DNA of 16,817 bases, from the UHGV virus genome UHGV-0175824; one strand, written 5' to 3'. Within the stretch, counting starts at the first letter, position 1. Each line of letters opens with the position of its first letter. Shown in pieces: positions 16,009 through 16,817 of the stretch. The notes beneath the pieces are model-generated. The model was given only the letters and a program-made list of their open reading frames with translations, was not told the DNA's origin and ran no database searches. The translations under genes and the position numbers were made by a program. The stretch is from a virus.

Positions 16009-16817
16009 CACTGCTCCGCAATGATTTTGATGGTTGTGGCAGTAAACGACGCACCATTCGACTGAACGGTTAACGTACTGCCATTTGTGGCAAGAAAGCC
16101 GTCTTTATCCACACTGAAGAACGTAGCTAACAAGATGTTATCGGTTGTTGTCGCTGAGTTGCGACTGCTTACCAGTGTGTCAGGAACAGAACCTGAAAAT
16201 GTTAGTTGCATTGACCTGTTGGCGGTTCCGCTGGGCCACGTCCCGACGATCGACAGCTTGAAGAACAAGGTTTTGTTCTCGTTGAACACAACCATCTTGT
16301 TGTTAACGGTGTCGAAGAATGGTGCCAACGTGCCGGATGACGGCGTGAGCGTTTTCAGCAGGCTAACAAGGTTGGTCGGCGCTGTCGGGATGGTTACCGA
16401 TACTCCTGAGTAAACAACCTCTGATTTCTTGCGCGTGGTGGCATACTCAAGCGCAGATATTCTTGTTGAGTGATCACCAACTGTGCTTTGTAGCGTCGAA
16501 ATACTTCCCTCTGCCGCTGTGAGCCTGGTATCAAGTGCGTCGATATCGGTTGTATTCTGAGTTATTCGCGCATCATGGTTTGCTAACTCAGATTCATTGG
16601 CAGCAATTCGCGTCTCGTGATCAGCCAGCTCTGTTTCGGCAGCCGTAATCCTTGTTTCATGATCTGCAAGAGTGCTTTCCGCTGCTGCAATTCTATGTTC
16701 ATGATTGATGAGAGTTGCTTCAGCAGCTTCAATTCTGGATTCATGGTCTGCAAGGGTGACATCCTGCTCATCATTCTTCACCTGTGCATCATAAGCCCCC
16801 TTCCCTGCTTCGTTGGC
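16008..16817 (-). CDS. Tail needle protein, P22 gp26-like, 5'-truncated at the window edge, with Sf6-type C-terminal knob
   Basis: Frame stays open to the window end. Segment …[29 protein letters not shown]… matches the P22 gp26 N-terminal region as I recall it. It is followed by 14-residue coiled-coil repeats and a beta-rich C-terminal domain. Confidence 0.8.
16563..16775. repeat. About five imperfect 42-bp tandem repeats encoding the tail-needle coiled coil
   Basis: Units begin near 16563, 16606, 16648, 16689 and 16731 (aattcNNgtNtcatgatcNgcNag…). They encode [14 protein letters not shown] / [14 protein letters not shown] / [14 protein letters not shown] / [14 protein letters not shown]. 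Confidence 0.7.

Larger units (their letters stand above)
1..16817. mobile_element. Segment of a P22-like temperate phage/prophage: early accessory operon, integration module, moron cassette, tailspike and ejection-protein genes
   Basis: Gene order and orientation match the P22/Sf6 layout (gp26-gp14-gp7-gp20-gp16-tailspike, then moron, att, int). The tailspike N-terminus ([11 protein letters not shown]...[13 protein letters not shown]...VTVQGHSMA) matches the P22 gp9 head-binding domain as I recall it. The integrase has the RHRY signature. Confidence 0.85.

Noticed and set aside
1-16817. CRISPR array or rRNA genes
   Set aside because: No regularly spaced direct repeats with unique spacers were seen. 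The only tandem repeats are the in-frame 42-bp coiled-coil repeats and the arm-type sites. No rRNA-like sequence was seen.

Overview
This window reads as a contiguous piece of a P22-like (Sf6/HK620-type) temperate podovirus genome or prophage from an enterobacterium. Positions 1-5608 (+ strand) carry an early-left-type accessory operon of small tightly packed genes (Ea22-like, DUF551-like, several unknowns), punctuated by intrinsic terminators and ending in an AlpA/Xis-like gene. A P4-type tyrosine integrase sits on the - strand (5589-6767), overlapping alpA convergently. Positions 6768-7460 are a non-coding, repeat-rich attP-like region. Positions 7500-8888 are a visibly AT-rich, divergently transcribed two-gene cassette (a GDSL/SGNH hydrolase plus an unknown 218-aa protein) sitting in the classic lysogenic-conversion hotspot between att/int and the tailspike; this is the most likely place for an undescribed system. 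Positions 9008-16817 (- strand) carry the tailspike (P22 gp9-like N-terminus with a different receptor-binding domain), three DNA-ejection proteins (gp16/gp20/gp7-like), a gp14-like protein and a 5'-truncated gp26-like tail needle. No rRNA, tRNA or CRISPR array was seen. All family assignments are from reading the translations by eye; no database search was run.
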